DNA of 64,000 nucleotides from an uncultured Gemmatimonadota bacterium (GTDB lineage Bacteria; JAAXHH01): NCBI GenBank assembly GCA_951812955.1, contig OX638340.1, positions 1,312,001 to 1,376,000 of the forward strand, read 5' to 3'. Shown piece by piece: positions 63,194 to 64,000 of this stretch (position 1 is its first letter; each line of letters starts with the position of its first letter). The notes under the pieces were generated by a model. It saw only the letters and a program-made list of their open reading frames with translations, ran no database searches and was not told where the DNA came from. The position numbers and the translations under genes were made by a program.

Positions 63194-64000
63194 CTACTGC
63201 AACACCAGCCTTTCCATGTCGCCGAAGTTGTCGTACATGGAGGTGATGACCTGCTCGCCCTCTTCGAGGCCTTCGAGGACCTCGAAATACTGGCTGTTCT
63301 GCCTGCCGAGCCGTATCTGCCGCCGCACGGCGAACTCGCCCGCGGGATCCAGCACGTAGATCCACCGGCCGCCCGTCGTCTGGTAGAACCCGCCCCGGGG
63401 CACCTGCATGGCGTCGGCCAGCTCGCCCAGCGCGACCCGCACCTGCAGCGTCTGGCCGCGGCGAAGGCCGTCCGGCATGCCCTCGGGGAACACCATGTCC
63501 GCCTCGAACTGCCCCTCGATCACCTCGGGATATACCCGGCTGATCACCAGATCGTAGGTTCCTCCGGCGAAATCGAAGGAACCGGCCTGCCCTGTACGAA
63601 TGCGGGCGATGTAATGCTCGTCGATGGCCGCACGCACCTTGAACTCGTCCTCCACGTCGATCTGACCCAACCGGTCGCCGCGGGGCTTGGACTCGCCCAC
63701 CTCGGCGATAAGCGAGGAGAGCAGCCCCGAGATCGGCGCGCGAAGCGTCAGGTTATCCTCGTTCTGCTTGATGAGTTCCAGGTTCAGGCGCAACCGGTCG
63801 ATCGATTCTTCCAGCTGCTGAACCTGGATCGTCTGGTAAAGCGAATCCTGGCGCAGCGTCTCGACGGTAACGTCCCGGCTGCGCGTCAGGTATTCCAGGT
63901 TGTCCTTGGCCTCGTCGAATTCCTTGCGCGAGGCAAGGTCCGCCTTGAACATCTCGTCCTGGCGCGTGTATTCCCGCTCGGCTTTGCGAAACTCGAATTC
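63194..64000 (-). CDS. efflux periplasmic adaptor (HlyD/MacA-type membrane fusion protein), N-terminally truncated by the window edge
   Basis: Coiled-coil region plus beta-barrel/MP domains (…LGELADAMQVPRGGFYQTTGGRWIYVLDPAGEFAVRRQIRLGRQN…). The ORF remains open at the window end. Confidence 0.7.
   Translation of the reverse strand, partial: EFEFRKAEREYTRQDEMFKADLASRKEFDEAKDNLEYLTRSRDVTVETLRQDSLYQTIQVQQLEESIDRLRLNLELIKQNEDNLTLRAPISGLLSSLIAEVGESKPRGDRLGQIDVEDEFKVRAAIDEHYIARIRTGQAGSFDFAGGTYDLVISRVYPEVIEGQFEADMVFPEGMPDGLRRGQTLQVRVALGELADAMQVPRGGFYQTTGGRWIYVLDPAGEFAVRRQIRLGRQNSQYFEVLEGLEEGEQVITSMYDNFGDMERLVLQ

Overview
This is a high-GC (~64%) bacterial contig, apparently environmental, made of dense metabolic operons interrupted by several lower-GC islets. 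Nearly all calls rest on motifs read by eye; no searches were run.

From start to end: a DapA-family lyase and an Ldh_2-family dehydrogenase, then a BtuB-like TonB-dependent receptor whose leader carries a candidate cobalamin riboswitch with a terminator hairpin. A low-GC islet holds an EEP-superfamily (DNase I-like fold) gene and a small partner ORF. An outer-membrane gene pair precedes two tandem tRNA-Arg genes. A myo-inositol-catabolism-like cluster follows (two Gfo/Idh/MocA dehydrogenases, IolD, an IolE-like enzyme and a TIM-barrel isomerase) with a divergent NRAMP-superfamily transporter. Assorted oxidoreductases and hydrolases come next (three PhyH-family dioxygenases, amidohydrolases, a Zn-ADH, alpha/beta hydrolases, an MFS transporter). 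A second EEP paralog sits beside a DUF1697 gene.

From about 33.9 kb to 53.3 kb is a lower-GC mobile/defence island. It carries an acidic-repeat lipoprotein, a HepT/MNT toxin-antitoxin pair, a Fic protein, a retropepsin-like protease, and a second MNT with a deleted HepT remnant. It ends in a complete type I-G (I-U) CRISPR-Cas system: a small upstream ORF, cas3 (C-terminal HD domain), csx17/cas8u2, csb1/cas7, csb2/cas5-6, cas4-cas1, cas2, and an array of about 35 repeats containing two tandemly duplicated spacers.

Downstream are a 1383-aa lipoprotein (Big_2 domains, three plant-type LRR cassettes, a C-terminal metzincin-like domain), an M23 peptidase, two tandem peptide-type ABC substrate-binding paralogs and a MacAB-like efflux pair. 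Short tandem duplications recur at gene 3' ends.
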